DNA of 64,000 bases. Source: a phage. The stretch lies in the NCBI GenBank assembly GCA_036930585.1, contig GCA_036930585.1_3066.1, one strand, 5' to 3'. Positions within the stretch are counted from its first letter, which is position 1, and each line of letters starts with the position of its first letter. This document shows positions 47,739 through 57,549 of the stretch, one piece after another. The notes beneath the pieces are model-generated. The model was given only the letters and a program-made list of their open reading frames with translations, had not been told where the DNA came from and did no database searches. A program made the translations under genes and the position numbers.

Positions 47739-48626
47739 TTAAGATTTAAGTAAATCGATAATTTTAATTAACTTTTCACGCTCAGATTTAGCTTTACTAC
47801 TCAGTCCAGATAGTCTGAAAATTTCATCATCATATTGTTGAATAGAAATATTCAGTTCTTCAATCTGTTTATTAAAATAATCAATTTGTTCAGAATGTTT
47901 TTCGTTACTACGAACTGGTACAGGTTTCGTAGGCAATGTAGTTGAACTGGATTCATCCGGGCGATAAATTAAAATACAATTTGAACCAATCGGGCATTTA
48001 GCACCAGACACATATTCTAGTGTTCCAGCTTCTTTTAAAACTTCAAAAGCTAAACAGAGATGATGACCCATATTGACATAATCTGTAGAGTGAGCTCTGA
48101 TATAATAATCATCTCCACGAGTACTAAATTTAAAGCATTTAAGGTCTTCTGTATTATTAGTTTTAAAAATCATTTGTTTATCTAGACCTTTAGCTAATCG
48201 AGCGCCTAATGCTAATAATCGTCGTTGATTTTCCCACAAATCTGCGATCATTTGGTCAAATGATAATTTCGGCATTAGTCGACCATAAAGGTCATATCCT
48301 TTATTATAATTGCGAAGGATTTCACACGCATTAATACGAGACAACGCTCCAATTTTATTAAGTGCTTTCATAATGCGATTAGATAAAAGCATTCCAGACC
48401 CGTTTGTTCGTTGTAAATGTTTATCTAATCCAAACCCAATATCAACTTTAAACTTATCTAAAATTTCAGCATGAACATCTCTGTCAATAACATTCAAATC
48501 CAAAGTTGGGTTAAATCTATGAAAAAATTTATCTGGTTCTCCACGGCGAAGTACAGTCCATTCATTTGATTTTTTATTAACTAAAGATTTAATTACTGCA
48601 TTGACATTATTAATTACTACTGACAT
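47739..48626 (-). CDS. hypothetical protein, 295 aa, tandem paralog family member
   Basis: ATG at 48626; C-terminal coiled coil ...SEREKLIKIIDLLKS. Confidence 0.55.
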   Translation of the reverse strand: MSVVINNVNAVIKSLVNKKSNEWTVLRRGEPDKFFHRFNPTLDLNVIDRDVHAEILDKFKVDIGFGLDKHLQRTNGSGMLLSNRIMKALNKIGALSRINACEILRNYNKGYDLYGRLMPKLSFDQMIADLWENQRRLLALGARLAKGLDKQMIFKTNNTEDLKCFKFSTRGDDYYIRAHSTDYVNMGHHLCLAFEVLKEAGTLEYVSGAKCPIGSNCILIYRPDESSSTTLPTKPVPVRSNEKHSEQIDYFNKQIEELNISIQQYDDEIFRLSGLSSKAKSEREKLIKIIDLLKS

Positions 48627-48637
48627 ATTTTTCTCAC

Positions 48638-49042
48638 TCAATTTTCAATTTTACTAAATACACAGAATATGATGGAAAAGACTATATAAGCACCGCATAC
48701 AGATTGAACTAATACCATTCCAAAGAACCAAACAATATTATCAAACAATGTCTGTTTTACGTCGAAAGGACGTAAACTTACAGTAATATTATCGCCTTTT
48801 TCTATTGATGAATACATCTCTGGGGAAATATATTCACTAAATCTATAACCGTCTTTGAGTTCATATACGGCAATAAACGATAAACTAGACCCCTTTCCTT
48901 GAGTTCCTGTAAGGGTATTAACTACAGTAACATCATAATCTTTATAATGCATATAATCATTAATTGCATAATAACCATATGCAACTACTACACATAAACA
49001 ACATATCAATAAATTCAATCTTTTAATTATCAACTGTTTCAT
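48638..49042 (-). CDS. membrane protein, 134 aa
   Basis: N- and C-terminal hydrophobic helices. Confidence 0.55.
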   Translation of the reverse strand: MKQLIIKRLNLLICCLCVVVAYGYYAINDYMHYKDYDVTVVNTLTGTQGKGSSLSFIAVYELKDGYRFSEYISPEMYSSIEKGDNITVSLRPFDVKQTLFDNIVWFFGMVLVQSVCGAYIVFSIIFCVFSKIEN

Positions 49043-49097
49043 AATAATCTCAATTAAAAGGGCTTAGAACCATTATACCATCCTTGGTATAAAGCGG

Positions 49098-49625
49098 TTA
49101 TGCGAGTACCGTCTTTAACCGTTCTTCAAACTTCCGAAGAGTATTTTGGCGTTCAGCTCTTTGCTTTTTGTAAGTTTCAATACGCTCTGAAATGAGAGTG
49201 TATCGTTCATTTACTGATTCTTTCATAAAATCAGGAATTTCACGAGAAGCTTTAATCTCATCAAATTTATCAATAACAGCTTGCTCTTCAGCAATTAAGT
49301 TATCATACATCAAAATATCTTTCTTGATGAACTCAATATCTTCTTGAGTTACACGAGATAATTTAGATGCTTTATCCTTTTTGTACTGTTCGTTAGTATC
49401 ACGAGACCAGTGTAATGTACGATTTTTATTCGTATTCTTGTAAATTTCTACAATACCAATCTCATCGATAATAACGATCCAATTCCAATGAGATTTGTAA
49501 ATTTGTCCTCCGTCAACCGTGATTTCACCTCCGATTGAGATGTCATTAAAGAACTTGCTTTGTGCTTCAGATTTAAATTTACCATCGTTGTAATTTACCA
49601 GGTTGAAAATATCTTTAGCGTTCAT
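49098..49625 (-). CDS. hypothetical protein, 175 aa
   Basis: ATG ORF. Confidence 0.55.
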   Translation of the reverse strand: MNAKDIFNLVNYNDGKFKSEAQSKFFNDISIGGEITVDGGQIYKSHWNWIVIIDEIGIVEIYKNTNKNRTLHWSRDTNEQYKKDKASKLSRVTQEDIEFIKKDILMYDNLIAEEQAVIDKFDEIKASREIPDFMKESVNERYTLISERIETYKKQRAERQNTLRKFEERLKTVLA

Positions 49626-49653
49626 TTTGTGTTCCTCCGTAGTTGATAGTTGT

Positions 49654-49683
49654 ATAGTACCACAGAGGAACAGTCTTGTAAAC
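49654..49683 (-). promoter_or_regulatory. early promoter (GTTTAC-18-TACTAT)
   Basis: minus strand GTTTACaagactgttcctctgtggTACTAT. Confidence 0.45.
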
Positions 49684-49685
49684 CA

Positions 49686-50000
49686 CTAAAAGAAACTTCT
49701 TTCACAATTTTTTCCACTGAACCATGCGCTTACCGCTTTCTTAGTCTCAGGAGCAGTGTTATCCATAAACCATTCAAAGGCAGCCTTTTTATGATTCTGG
49801 AGGGCTTCTCGGGCTTTAATCTGCTCACGGTCTATTAACACTAACATATGAGCCTTTCTTGTCACCATGGGCTTCTTATGATTTTTTGAATACTCCCAGT
49901 CATTTGTCCAACGCATCGTTGTTGCGAACTGATGAACCGCGTCTTTAATTTTAGTTTCGTAAATTTCACGAGCCTTTGAGTATAACATCATTACCTCCAT
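49686..50000 (-). CDS. hypothetical protein, 104 aa
   Basis: ATG ORF. Confidence 0.5.
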   Translation of the reverse strand: MEVMMLYSKAREIYETKIKDAVHQFATTMRWTNDWEYSKNHKKPMVTRKAHMLVLIDREQIKAREALQNHKKAAFEWFMDNTAPETKKAVSAWFSGKNCERSFF

Positions 50001-50090
50001 TCACCAGTTTAATTCTAGTCATCTTTTTAATGGCAGTCCATATAATCTATTTCTGAACTGCCTTTTTGTCATAGAAGTCCTCTTATGAAT

Positions 50091-51059
50091 TTATTTCAGA
50101 AGAGTAACCTCAGCGATTTCTTGCCAACCGTTTTTGTCGGTCATAATAAAGTCAGCAAGATAAAGTGCAGTACGCAGTGAAACATTGCGTAAACGATTAA
50201 CATTGACTTTCATCCATGATAATGCTTTATAAGTTTCTTCATCAGAAAGACCGCGCTTTTGCATCATGTCAGTTGAAAGAATAACATCTTCAACCCTGAC
50301 CATAATTTCTTCATTAGTGTGAACACCCAAATCCAAATAAACCGAGCGGGACACTAATGCTTGTAAATGTGGAGCAAGTTTAGTACCACGGTCTAATTCG
50401 CGGTCAATGTCAACGTTTGTGATAAAAACAATCGTTCCTTTAAATTCAAACTCACGCTCAATGCCTTTTTCTTCTAAGTAAGAAGATGCGGTGCTCCAGC
50501 AGACTTTACGGGTCTCTCCAGTGTCCAGAGCAGCTTTCAGAAGATTAAGAATGTCCATATCAGAGAAAACATCCACATCATCAATCAAAAGGACAGAATT
50601 CTCTTCACGATTATTCCAAAGTTGTTCATAAAGACCGATACCGGAGATTTTACCGTTAATGCTTTTATATTCAATGTATCCATTATCATTTGCTTTATTC
50701 AAAGCTTTATCTAAAGAATACGTTTTACCAATACCCGCCGCACCAGAGATAATTAATGAACGAATGTTTCCGTTAATAATACCATTCGTCATCATTCCCA
50801 TAACATTAAATCTTTTATTAATGCGGGTTTTCATATCTTCATATGATTCTTTAACTTCTTCAACTTTTACACCATCATATGAAATGTCTGATTTGTAAAC
50901 CCAAACACCGCGACGCTTACCGTCAATTTCAACAAAAACTTTACCATCTCCTTGTGCATCTACCGGAGCATTATCTGGGAACCATTCACCTAAGAACTCA
51001 AAAGTTCCAGAGATTTCTTTACCGAAGTAGATACCCTTATTGATAGTTACAGTTTTCAT
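50091..51059 (-). CDS. AAA+ ATPase, 322 aa
   Basis: Walker A GAAGIGKT, Walker B LLIDDVD; ATG at 51059 with GGAG SD. Confidence 0.6.
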   Translation of the reverse strand: MKTVTINKGIYFGKEISGTFEFLGEWFPDNAPVDAQGDGKVFVEIDGKRRGVWVYKSDISYDGVKVEEVKESYEDMKTRINKRFNVMGMMTNGIINGNIRSLIISGAAGIGKTYSLDKALNKANDNGYIEYKSINGKISGIGLYEQLWNNREENSVLLIDDVDVFSDMDILNLLKAALDTGETRKVCWSTASSYLEEKGIEREFEFKGTIVFITNVDIDRELDRGTKLAPHLQALVSRSVYLDLGVHTNEEIMVRVEDVILSTDMMQKRGLSDEETYKALSWMKVNVNRLRNVSLRTALYLADFIMTDKNGWQEIAEVTLLK

Positions 51060-51128
51060 TTTATTCTCCAATCTCACATTTGTTTTGATAGGGTAATAGT
51101 ATCACACTACTACCCTTCTGTAAACAAT

Positions 51129-51392
51129 TTATTTTAACGTTCGCCAAATTTTTACTGCTTCACGGCGAGATACTTCTACAGCTCCAAGTTCTACAGCTTT
51201 TTGGCGTCGGCGAGCGTGTAAGTCATAATGTTTAATGCGTTTATCTTGAAACCAAGAACGTTTCATTCCTATTGCTTCTGCCATTTCATGAAGCTCTTCA
51301 ATATCTCCATCAGTGAACATATGACAATTTTTAGTTGGATGACCGCGAAGTTTCCATCCATGATTCATTAAAACATCTACGTAAACTGTCAT
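51129..51392 (-). CDS. DUF4031-like small protein, 87 aa
   Basis: MTVYVDVLMNHGWKLRGHPTKNCHMFTD... Confidence 0.5.
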   Translation of the reverse strand: MTVYVDVLMNHGWKLRGHPTKNCHMFTDGDIEELHEMAEAIGMKRSWFQDKRIKHYDLHARRRQKAVELGAVEVSRREAVKIWRTLK

Positions 51393-51538
51393 TGATTCTT
51401 CTCCAAATAAGTTTCGATAATTTTCTGAGCGAGATAAACTGCATTATCTTCAGTTGCATCTTCTAAGAAACTTTCAAAACACTCTGAAATTTCTTCTGTG
51501 TCAATCAACTTTTTTACTTCAATTGGTGTAATTTTCAT
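51389..51538 (-). CDS. small hypothetical protein, 49 aa
   Basis: ATG at 51538; the longer TTG-initiated track ORF would start inside the promoter. Confidence 0.4.
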   Translation of the reverse strand: MKITPIEVKKLIDTEEISECFESFLEDATEDNAVYLAQKIIETYLEKNQ

Positions 51539-51575
51539 TTTGTTTTTCCGTTTAAGTGTTTGTTTTGATAGTTGT

Positions 51576-51605
51576 ATAGTACCATAAAGCTTTATGCTTG
51601 TAAAC
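51576..51605 (-). promoter_or_regulatory. early promoter (GTTTAC-18-TACTAT)
   Basis: minus strand GTTTACaagcataaagctttatggTACTAT. Confidence 0.5.
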
Positions 51606-51635
51606 AATTTTGTGAAAAATTTTTGAAATAAAAAA

Positions 51636-51653
51636 GGGAGCCCGAAGGCTCCC
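51636..51653 (-). terminator. stem-loop downstream of nucleotidyltransferase gene
   Basis: gggagcccgaaggctccc. Confidence 0.5.
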
Positions 51654-51655
51654 TA

Positions 51656-52666
51656 TCATTTATAATAACTTCGGTGGTTTTCAAGATAAACCCTCTCAAG
51701 GAAGTCATCCCAGAAACCCATGTCTACTTTTTGCTGCATACCGTTCTTAGAAGCTTCAGTAGATGCTGCTTCTACTTGATCGACCACATCTTCCAAAAAC
51801 TCTTGAACCGTTTTAAATGGATGTTTACCCAACTTCACGTCGAGAATAAATGGAGCATCTTTGAGTGGATAAACCAAGTCACCAGTTTTGTAAATTTCCA
51901 ATAGTTGGAGTCCACCACGGCAAGCATGGCTCAGAGCTTTCCAGTCAATACCTTCATTGGCTTCGGCCTTACGAGCACGTTCACCATATTCAGCATCTAA
52001 TTTGTTCAGTGACTGCTTAAGCTCAATAAGAGAAAGCGTTGTCTGATATTTACGACCCAACACTGTGTAAAACGTCTGTGGGCCTGTTTTCTCATGATTA
52101 TGGAACACCCATTCACAGAATTCGTTTTCTGGAAGACGATGCTTAATATCTTCAACTTTAGTACGACGCTGCTTAATGGAACCGTCTTCTTGGTAATCAA
52201 CCCATTGCTCAGGGATTTGATTAACTACTTTCAATACATCACGTAATGCAGCCAAACGAGAACCCTTGACACCGTATTTAGAAGCTTGCTTGCGGACATA
52301 TCCTAAATAGGATTTCATGTTAGTCGTATAAAAACGAGAACGGTTGTCTTGAATAAACTTCCACACATCAGGCAAATCAGATTTAACCACTAGTTCAGGT
52401 GGAGTGTGAAGCATATCCAATGCTACAGTTTCACCATCTGCTGCTAATTTAAAGAAATATTTAAGACTGTATAGTTCATGGTCAATATCATCTTTAGTGT
52501 TTTTAGATGATGTGTTGTTAGTGTTTTTACTCATGTGCTCTTTAACGTTTCCGATAAGAATATCACGAGCAGGAGGAACAAAGATTTCTTTAAAATCTAC
52601 ATCAGATTCTGGGGTAGAAGTTCCATAAAGATGACTACCAAAATAAGACTTAACTACAGTTTTCAT
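51656..52666 (-). CDS. Pol-beta-superfamily nucleotidyltransferase-like protein, 336 aa
   Basis: N-terminal FGSHLYGTSTPESDVDF (GS...DxD minimal nucleotidyltransferase motif). Confidence 0.55.
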   Translation of the reverse strand: MKTVVKSYFGSHLYGTSTPESDVDFKEIFVPPARDILIGNVKEHMSKNTNNTSSKNTKDDIDHELYSLKYFFKLAADGETVALDMLHTPPELVVKSDLPDVWKFIQDNRSRFYTTNMKSYLGYVRKQASKYGVKGSRLAALRDVLKVVNQIPEQWVDYQEDGSIKQRRTKVEDIKHRLPENEFCEWVFHNHEKTGPQTFYTVLGRKYQTTLSLIELKQSLNKLDAEYGERARKAEANEGIDWKALSHACRGGLQLLEIYKTGDLVYPLKDAPFILDVKLGKHPFKTVQEFLEDVVDQVEAASTEASKNGMQQKVDMGFWDDFLERVYLENHRSYYK

Positions 52667-53127
52667 TATTCAGCCTTATATTCAATAACAGGACATACTT
52701 TAGCTTTACGAGCTTTTAAAAATTCAACGATAACCGATTTCTTTGGTTGAATAGGAGGTAAACCTTTATACGCCCTATCAATATTTTCTACATGTAAAGC
52801 ATAATCCTTTTTCCATTTATAATCTTTATATTTTTCATGCAGTTGTGCAGGAATAACAAATGAACCAATAATAAGTAAAATAAGCAAAATGGCAAGTATA
52901 AATGCTGATGGAATAAGAGTCCATAAACTACCAAAAATAAGCCATTTCTGTATGATTTCTGCACAGATAATAGTTAGACCTGCGAGTATAGTACATCCGA
53001 AAAAAGAAACGAAAAATGTAGGGATAACAATAGACCAAAAGTATGCACACAATGTCTTAGGTCGTTTCCATTCGTCGTTAAACAGTTTGAATAATTTATA
53101 GTGCCAAGAGTTTTCATTAATAATCAT
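52666..53127 (-). CDS. membrane protein, 153 aa
   Basis: multiple hydrophobic helices. Confidence 0.55.
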   Translation of the reverse strand: MIINENSWHYKLFKLFNDEWKRPKTLCAYFWSIVIPTFFVSFFGCTILAGLTIICAEIIQKWLIFGSLWTLIPSAFILAILLILLIIGSFVIPAQLHEKYKDYKWKKDYALHVENIDRAYKGLPPIQPKKSVIVEFLKARKAKVCPVIEYKAE

Positions 53128-53129
53128 AA

Positions 53130-53651
53130 TTATCCTTTCATTGAAGGTGTAACAGTTGTTAAATACTTAATCATAGCCTCAGCTTCTGATTTTGATAATG
53201 AAATTTCTTCATTGTTTTGACGAATAGAAATAAAATCCGGATGACGGTCACCACCAGCTTTTAAAACACACATATAAGTATCAGTTTCATCTTCAATATC
53301 TGAAATGATTGAAGCAGTTCCACATGAATGTGGTTTTTGATAAATCAATACAGCTTTTCTTCCACCGTTTGACTGTTCATAAACTTTTAACACATCAAAC
53401 AAATCGCTTCTTTTATCAATAGCTAAGATGTTGTTTTCATCTTCAATATTAAATCCTTCGGATACTTCATAAAGTGTCACCCATAAATCACCAATATCAA
53501 TAACAGCGTTCACTTTTCCATGACTTTCAAGAGCATTACAAATTTTCTTAATTTCATCATAACTCATTTTAATAATATCATCTCCTTGAATAAGGAAGAT
53601 GTCATTTTTAAATTCAACACGAATTAAACCGCTTCCACTTGAAATAAACAT
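53130..53651 (-). CDS. hypothetical protein, 173 aa (paralog pair with next gene)
   Basis: similar C-terminus to 53658-54191 product. Confidence 0.5.
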   Translation of the reverse strand: MFISSGSGLIRVEFKNDIFLIQGDDIIKMSYDEIKKICNALESHGKVNAVIDIGDLWVTLYEVSEGFNIEDENNILAIDKRSDLFDVLKVYEQSNGGRKAVLIYQKPHSCGTASIISDIEDETDTYMCVLKAGGDRHPDFISIRQNNEEISLSKSEAEAMIKYLTTVTPSMKG

Positions 53652-53657
53652 ATTTCC

Positions 53658-54191
53658 TCACTTTGAAATCATAGTTGGAATGACAGAATCAAGATAAGTC
53701 TTTAACGCAATAGCTTCGTCTTTGGTAAATGTGACAATATGTGCTTGAAAATCGTCAATTTGACGAATAGTTAAGACATCTCCCTCTTCATAACATTTTG
53801 ATACATTTAAAAGAGTTTCATCATTCTGATTGCAAGCGTTAGTAATAATAGCATTGCAATTTTTGAGCCATTTTAAACTATGTTTTCTTTCATTAGAATA
53901 ATAAAAATATTTAATCTTAGCTATAAAACTATCCCAATGGATAACTGATAAACACATTGACTCACTTTTAATATTAAATCCTGGGCATGAAGAATAAAAA
54001 TGAATTTTGTGCTCATCATTGATGCTTACTATTTTATCAGTATAAGGATATTCAATTTGGGTTAAATGAATGATTTCACTAGGCGTAAAATATAGCATAT
54101 CGTCTTCTTGCGTCAAACGATACATGTTATTTACTTTTTCTATAGCCAATTCACCAAAAAGCGGACTAACTTCTAATACTAATCGTTTCAT
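53658..54191 (-). CDS. hypothetical protein, 177 aa
   Basis: ATG at 54191. Confidence 0.5.
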   Translation of the reverse strand: MKRLVLEVSPLFGELAIEKVNNMYRLTQEDDMLYFTPSEIIHLTQIEYPYTDKIVSINDEHKIHFYSSCPGFNIKSESMCLSVIHWDSFIAKIKYFYYSNERKHSLKWLKNCNAIITNACNQNDETLLNVSKCYEEGDVLTIRQIDDFQAHIVTFTKDEAIALKTYLDSVIPTMISK

Positions 54192-54192
54192 A

Positions 54193-54459
54193 TTAATCCT
54201 TTTTATTGGCACGAATTTGTTCTAAAATTTTAGAATATTCCTTTGTATCAGATTTACGTACAATTGATACACTATAAGGCATACTATCGGTGTCTTTTAT
54301 AAAGCGTTCCAAATGACACTCTAACAAAATTTCTGGATTATAAATCGTGTACATCAAATTACCTGTTGCTCCACGATATTGGCAGATTTCTACTGATTGA
54401 ACACCATTCCATAATTTTGTTAAAACTAAATCACCTACTTCTAATTTAGGAAAGCCCAT
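54193..54459 (-). CDS. hypothetical protein, 88 aa
   Basis: ATG at 54459. Confidence 0.45.
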   Translation of the reverse strand: MGFPKLEVGDLVLTKLWNGVQSVEICQYRGATGNLMYTIYNPEILLECHLERFIKDTDSMPYSVSIVRKSDTKEYSKILEQIRANKKD

Positions 54460-54460
54460 G

Positions 54461-54646
54461 TTATTCACCAATTAAAGTTTCAATATAAGAATCAAGATTT
54501 ACTTTAGCTTCTTCCATAAGAGTTTTGTATTTAATCTTGTTAGCATGTCCGGAGAAAGCTGATTCATCAATAACTGTTGATGTATGAACAGCTCTACTAT
54601 ACGTCTCAATTAATTCTCTTAATTTAAAAGCCTGCTCACTTGTCAT
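54461..54646 (-). CDS. small helical protein, 61 aa
   Basis: ATG ORF. Confidence 0.45.
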   Translation of the reverse strand: MTSEQAFKLRELIETYSRAVHTSTVIDESAFSGHANKIKYKTLMEEAKVNLDSYIETLIGE

Positions 54647-54778
54647 TACATACTCCTTTGAATCATATCAATAATATTGTTCACCAGATTATAAGTAAAC
54701 ATTGGATAATTATATTGAATCATCACATACACAACAAACAAAACTTTCATTCTCTTCTCCTTGGCAGTTGACAAGATT

Positions 54779-54808
54779 ACTATATCATAACCTTGCCAAC
54801 TTGTAAAC
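54779..54808 (-). promoter_or_regulatory. early promoter (GTTTAC-18-TATAGT)
   Basis: minus strand GTTTACaagttggcaaggttatgaTATAGT. Confidence 0.45.
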
Positions 54809-54810
54809 CA

Positions 54811-54984
54811 TTAAATGACGTTTTCAATAAAATTCTGAAGCTTTGTGTGAGCATCAACCATGATTTTCATTTCTTCCTTTGCGAAAGCTGTACCTCTTTC
54901 CCTAGCAGAATACTCATAGTCAGAAACTGCATTAGCATATTCTTCAATTAGCTTCATTAAAAACATCTGCTTTTCAGTTTTCAT
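54811..54984 (-). CDS. small helical protein, 57 aa (not in ORF track)
   Basis: MKTEKQMFLMKLIEEYANAVSDYEYSARERGTAFAKEEMKIMVDAHTKLQNFIENVI. Confidence 0.4.
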   Translation of the reverse strand: MKTEKQMFLMKLIEEYANAVSDYEYSARERGTAFAKEEMKIMVDAHTKLQNFIENVI

Positions 54985-55168
54985 TATTCCACCTAATCAT
55001 TTCAAGATATTGAACTAACTTAGCTTTGGATTTATCCAAATCCTTTTTAGCTGCTTCTATACCATCGTATGAGTATCCTTCACAATGCTCAACTGCTAAT
55101 TGATATGAATCTATTTCAACATCACGTGCTAATTTAATAATTTTTTCAAACTGTTCACGTGTTAGCAT
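54974..55168 (-). CDS. small helical protein, 64 aa
   Basis: ATG ORF. Confidence 0.45.
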   Translation of the reverse strand: MLTREQFEKIIKLARDVEIDSYQLAVEHCEGYSYDGIEAAKKDLDKSKAKLVQYLEMIRWNNEN

Positions 55169-55170
55169 AC

Positions 55171-55374
55171 TTAAACTCTCGTATTATGATCGATAATTTC
55201 ATCAAGAAACATATCTAAAGCTTCTACAGCATTATCAACTTTAGCTTCAAATTTTTCAATACCTTTATTTGCAATGCCTGCCGAAAACCAAGCAAAGTCA
55301 CTAAGTTCCTCATCTGCTTTGCGAATTAAAGCTACCAATTCTTTAATTTTATCTGCTTGTTCAATTCTAGTCAT
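55171..55374 (-). CDS. small helical protein, 67 aa
   Basis: ATG at 55374. Confidence 0.45.
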   Translation of the reverse strand: MTRIEQADKIKELVALIRKADEELSDFAWFSAGIANKGIEKFEAKVDNAVEALDMFLDEIIDHNTRV

Positions 55375-55562
55375 TATTCCACCACATATGAAAGAGAGAA
55401 TATTGCACACGCCATATGAGTTGCAGCTTCATCACACATATCATAACGTTTCTTAAGAAGTTCTACAAGTTCTTCACTAGTGACTTCATCCATGTCGACG
55501 AAAAAATCACCATTAATGATGACATAGATATTTCCTTCTTGATTAAGTGCTTCAATTTTCAT
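55374..55562 (-). CDS. small acidic protein, 62 aa
   Basis: ATG at 55562. Confidence 0.45.
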   Translation of the reverse strand: MKIEALNQEGNIYVIINGDFFVDMDEVTSEELVELLKKRYDMCDEAATHMACAIFSLSYVVE

Positions 55563-55590
55563 GATGTTCTCCTCTTTATCCGATGGTTGT

Positions 55591-55620
55591 ATAGTACCAC
55601 AGCTCAAACGGAAAGTAAAC
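55591..55620 (-). promoter_or_regulatory. early promoter (GTTTAC-18-TACTAT)
   Basis: minus strand GTTTACtttccgtttgagctgtggTACTAT. Confidence 0.45.
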
Positions 55621-55634
55621 CGGTAAAATGAAAA

Positions 55635-55653
55635 AAGTCTCCCGAAGGAGACT
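55635..55653 (-). terminator. stem-loop (aagtctcccgaaggagact)
   Basis: 7-bp stem, CGAAG loop. Confidence 0.45.
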
Positions 55654-55657
55654 AATG

Positions 55658-56044
55658 TTATTCGAGGGAAAGAAGATATTTGCTCTGGTAAAACATCCCA
55701 GTAATATCATCTATCGTGCTTTGAATGGCTGGAGGCATTTCTTTATAAATGCTGTTAGATTGGTCTAGTATGTGATCAATCATTCTAATTGTGTCGGTAG
55801 GAAGTTTACTGGCATCTGGAATAGAAGGCGTGTATTTTCTACCAGAATACCCCAAATATTGCTCACCAAATTTATCAATCAAATCTGGCAACTCGGAGAA
55901 AATAAAATCGTATGCTTTGTGTCTAGCATAACTTTTAGTTTCAAAATGCGCAGAATGAAAATAAGCTTGTGCAGCCATTAATAAACCTAAGTATTCATCT
56001 GCCTTTGAAGGTTTTCCACTTTGTGAAAAGTCGCTGAATTTCAT
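55658..56044 (-). CDS. hypothetical protein, 128 aa (rI.1 position)
   Basis: ATG ORF overlapping rI stop. Confidence 0.5.
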   Translation of the reverse strand: MKFSDFSQSGKPSKADEYLGLLMAAQAYFHSAHFETKSYARHKAYDFIFSELPDLIDKFGEQYLGYSGRKYTPSIPDASKLPTDTIRMIDHILDQSNSIYKEMPPAIQSTIDDITGMFYQSKYLLSLE

Positions 56045-56334
56045 TCAGTCTCCAATTTAATGTTCATAATTCTAGCGTATGATTGTGCCATCTCCGCGCC
56101 TCGCTCTATACATTCAAAATCGGAAGAGCACGGGTCATTTTTATAAGTCGTTCGCATAAAACTATAGAACTGTTCAGATGATTCTATGCTTTTGTTTTCA
56201 AAAAGCATATAAACGTGTCTAATACCAGATTCCATAAATTTATCAAAATGAGGATCGACATTCGCTTCAATTGGTGGAGATAAAGCAAACGCTAATCCTA
56301 GCATGACAAATAGTGCCGTTGCTTTTAAGGCCAT
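56041..56334 (-). CDS. rI: lysis inhibition regulator rI, 97 aa
   Basis: [97 protein letters not shown]. Confidence 0.85.
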   Translation of the reverse strand: MALKATALFVMLGLAFALSPPIEANVDPHFDKFMESGIRHVYMLFENKSIESSEQFYSFMRTTYKNDPCSSDFECIERGAEMAQSYARIMNIKLETE

Positions 56335-56346
56335 AAAGGCCTCCTA

Positions 56347-56559
56347 TCATTTTTGTCCTGTATTTACTTTATGCCGATGCACGGCCTTAACTTTATCAAG
56401 GTATTTTTCAAAATTTCGCAATCTAGTATAGTCTGCCGGAGATTGGTTGAGTGATACTTCTCGACGCAAAGCTGAAATGATATTTCCAACTTCCCTACGA
56501 ATTTCATCTAATTGAAGAACAGTAAGATTGCGAAGTTGCTTTTCAGTTAATTGTAGCAT
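56347..56559 (-). CDS. hypothetical protein, 70 aa (rI.-1 position)
   Basis: ATG ORF. Confidence 0.5.
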
Positions 56560-56602
56560 ATATACCCCTTTAGTTAGATAAAACCTATTTATAACTTTTG
56601 CA

Positions 56603-57184
56603 CTAACCGAGCTTTTTAGTTAATTCATTCCAATGTTTTCTACACAAAGAAACATAAATTTCATCACCAATACAGATTTGATTACCTTCTTTAACTGGTG
56701 TTCCATCTTCCATTAATCGAGCTGTCATAATAGCTTTTTTACCACAATGACAAACTGCCTTTAGTTCAATAAGTTTATCTGCAATCGCCAAAAGTTCTTT
56801 AGAACCTTCAAATAATTTTCCAGCGAAATCAGTCCTTAGCCCATAAGCCATAACAGGAACATTATATGTATCAACAATTCGACTTAATTGATGCACCTGT
56901 TCAGTTTTTAAAAACTGAACTTCATCTACAAATACACAATGAATATCTTTTTGTGCTTCAGCCCATTTATAGAACTCAAAAATATCCATATCATCCGTAA
57001 TAATATTCGCTTCCTGCTTAATTCCAATGCGAGAAACGACTTCACAGACAGAATCGCGAGTATCAATAGCAGGCTTAAGAACTAATACACTCATCCCACG
57101 TTCTTTATAATTATGCGCAGCAGTCAAAAGAGAAGCAGATTTTCCAGCATTCATTGCTGCATAAGTAAAAATTAAACTCGCCAT
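56603..57184 (-). CDS. tk: thymidine kinase, 193 aa
   Basis: [44 protein letters not shown]... Confidence 0.95.
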
Positions 57185-57193
57185 ATCACCTTC

Positions 57194-57379
57194 TTAAAGC
57201 ATATTCACATAAGCTATTAATTCGTTTTCTTTCTTATCAAACCGATCAGCAAATTCTTCTTGCTGTTCGGGAGATAGCGGGCCGTATTCATCATAAAAGG
57301 TGTTTGCTTCTGTATGCTCATCTAGAAGTTCATGGATAAGCTCAAACAATTTATCTTTTTGTTCTTTACTCAGACTCAT
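57194..57379 (-). CDS. small acidic protein, 61 aa
   Basis: ATG ORF. Confidence 0.5.
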   Translation of the reverse strand: MSLSKEQKDKLFELIHELLDEHTEANTFYDEYGPLSPEQQEEFADRFDKKENELIAYVNML

Positions 57380-57549
57380 ATATTAATTTCCAGGAGTTTT
57401 AAAATAATTCGCTTTTGCTTAAATATTTCCATAGTTAAATGACCAGTATCTTTTTGACCGATTCCAATGGCAAAACCTTTATTGACAGCGAGTTCAATTA
57501 AATTATCAAGCTCACGTAACACTTCATACTGTAACTCAAAACTATTCAT
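57376..57549 (-). CDS. small hypothetical protein, 57 aa (not in ORF track)
   Basis: MNSFELQYEVLRELDNLIELAVNKGFAIGIGQKDTGHLTMEIFKQKRIILKLLEINI; ATGA overlaps. Confidence 0.4.
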   Translation of the reverse strand: MNSFELQYEVLRELDNLIELAVNKGFAIGIGQKDTGHLTMEIFKQKRIILKLLEINI

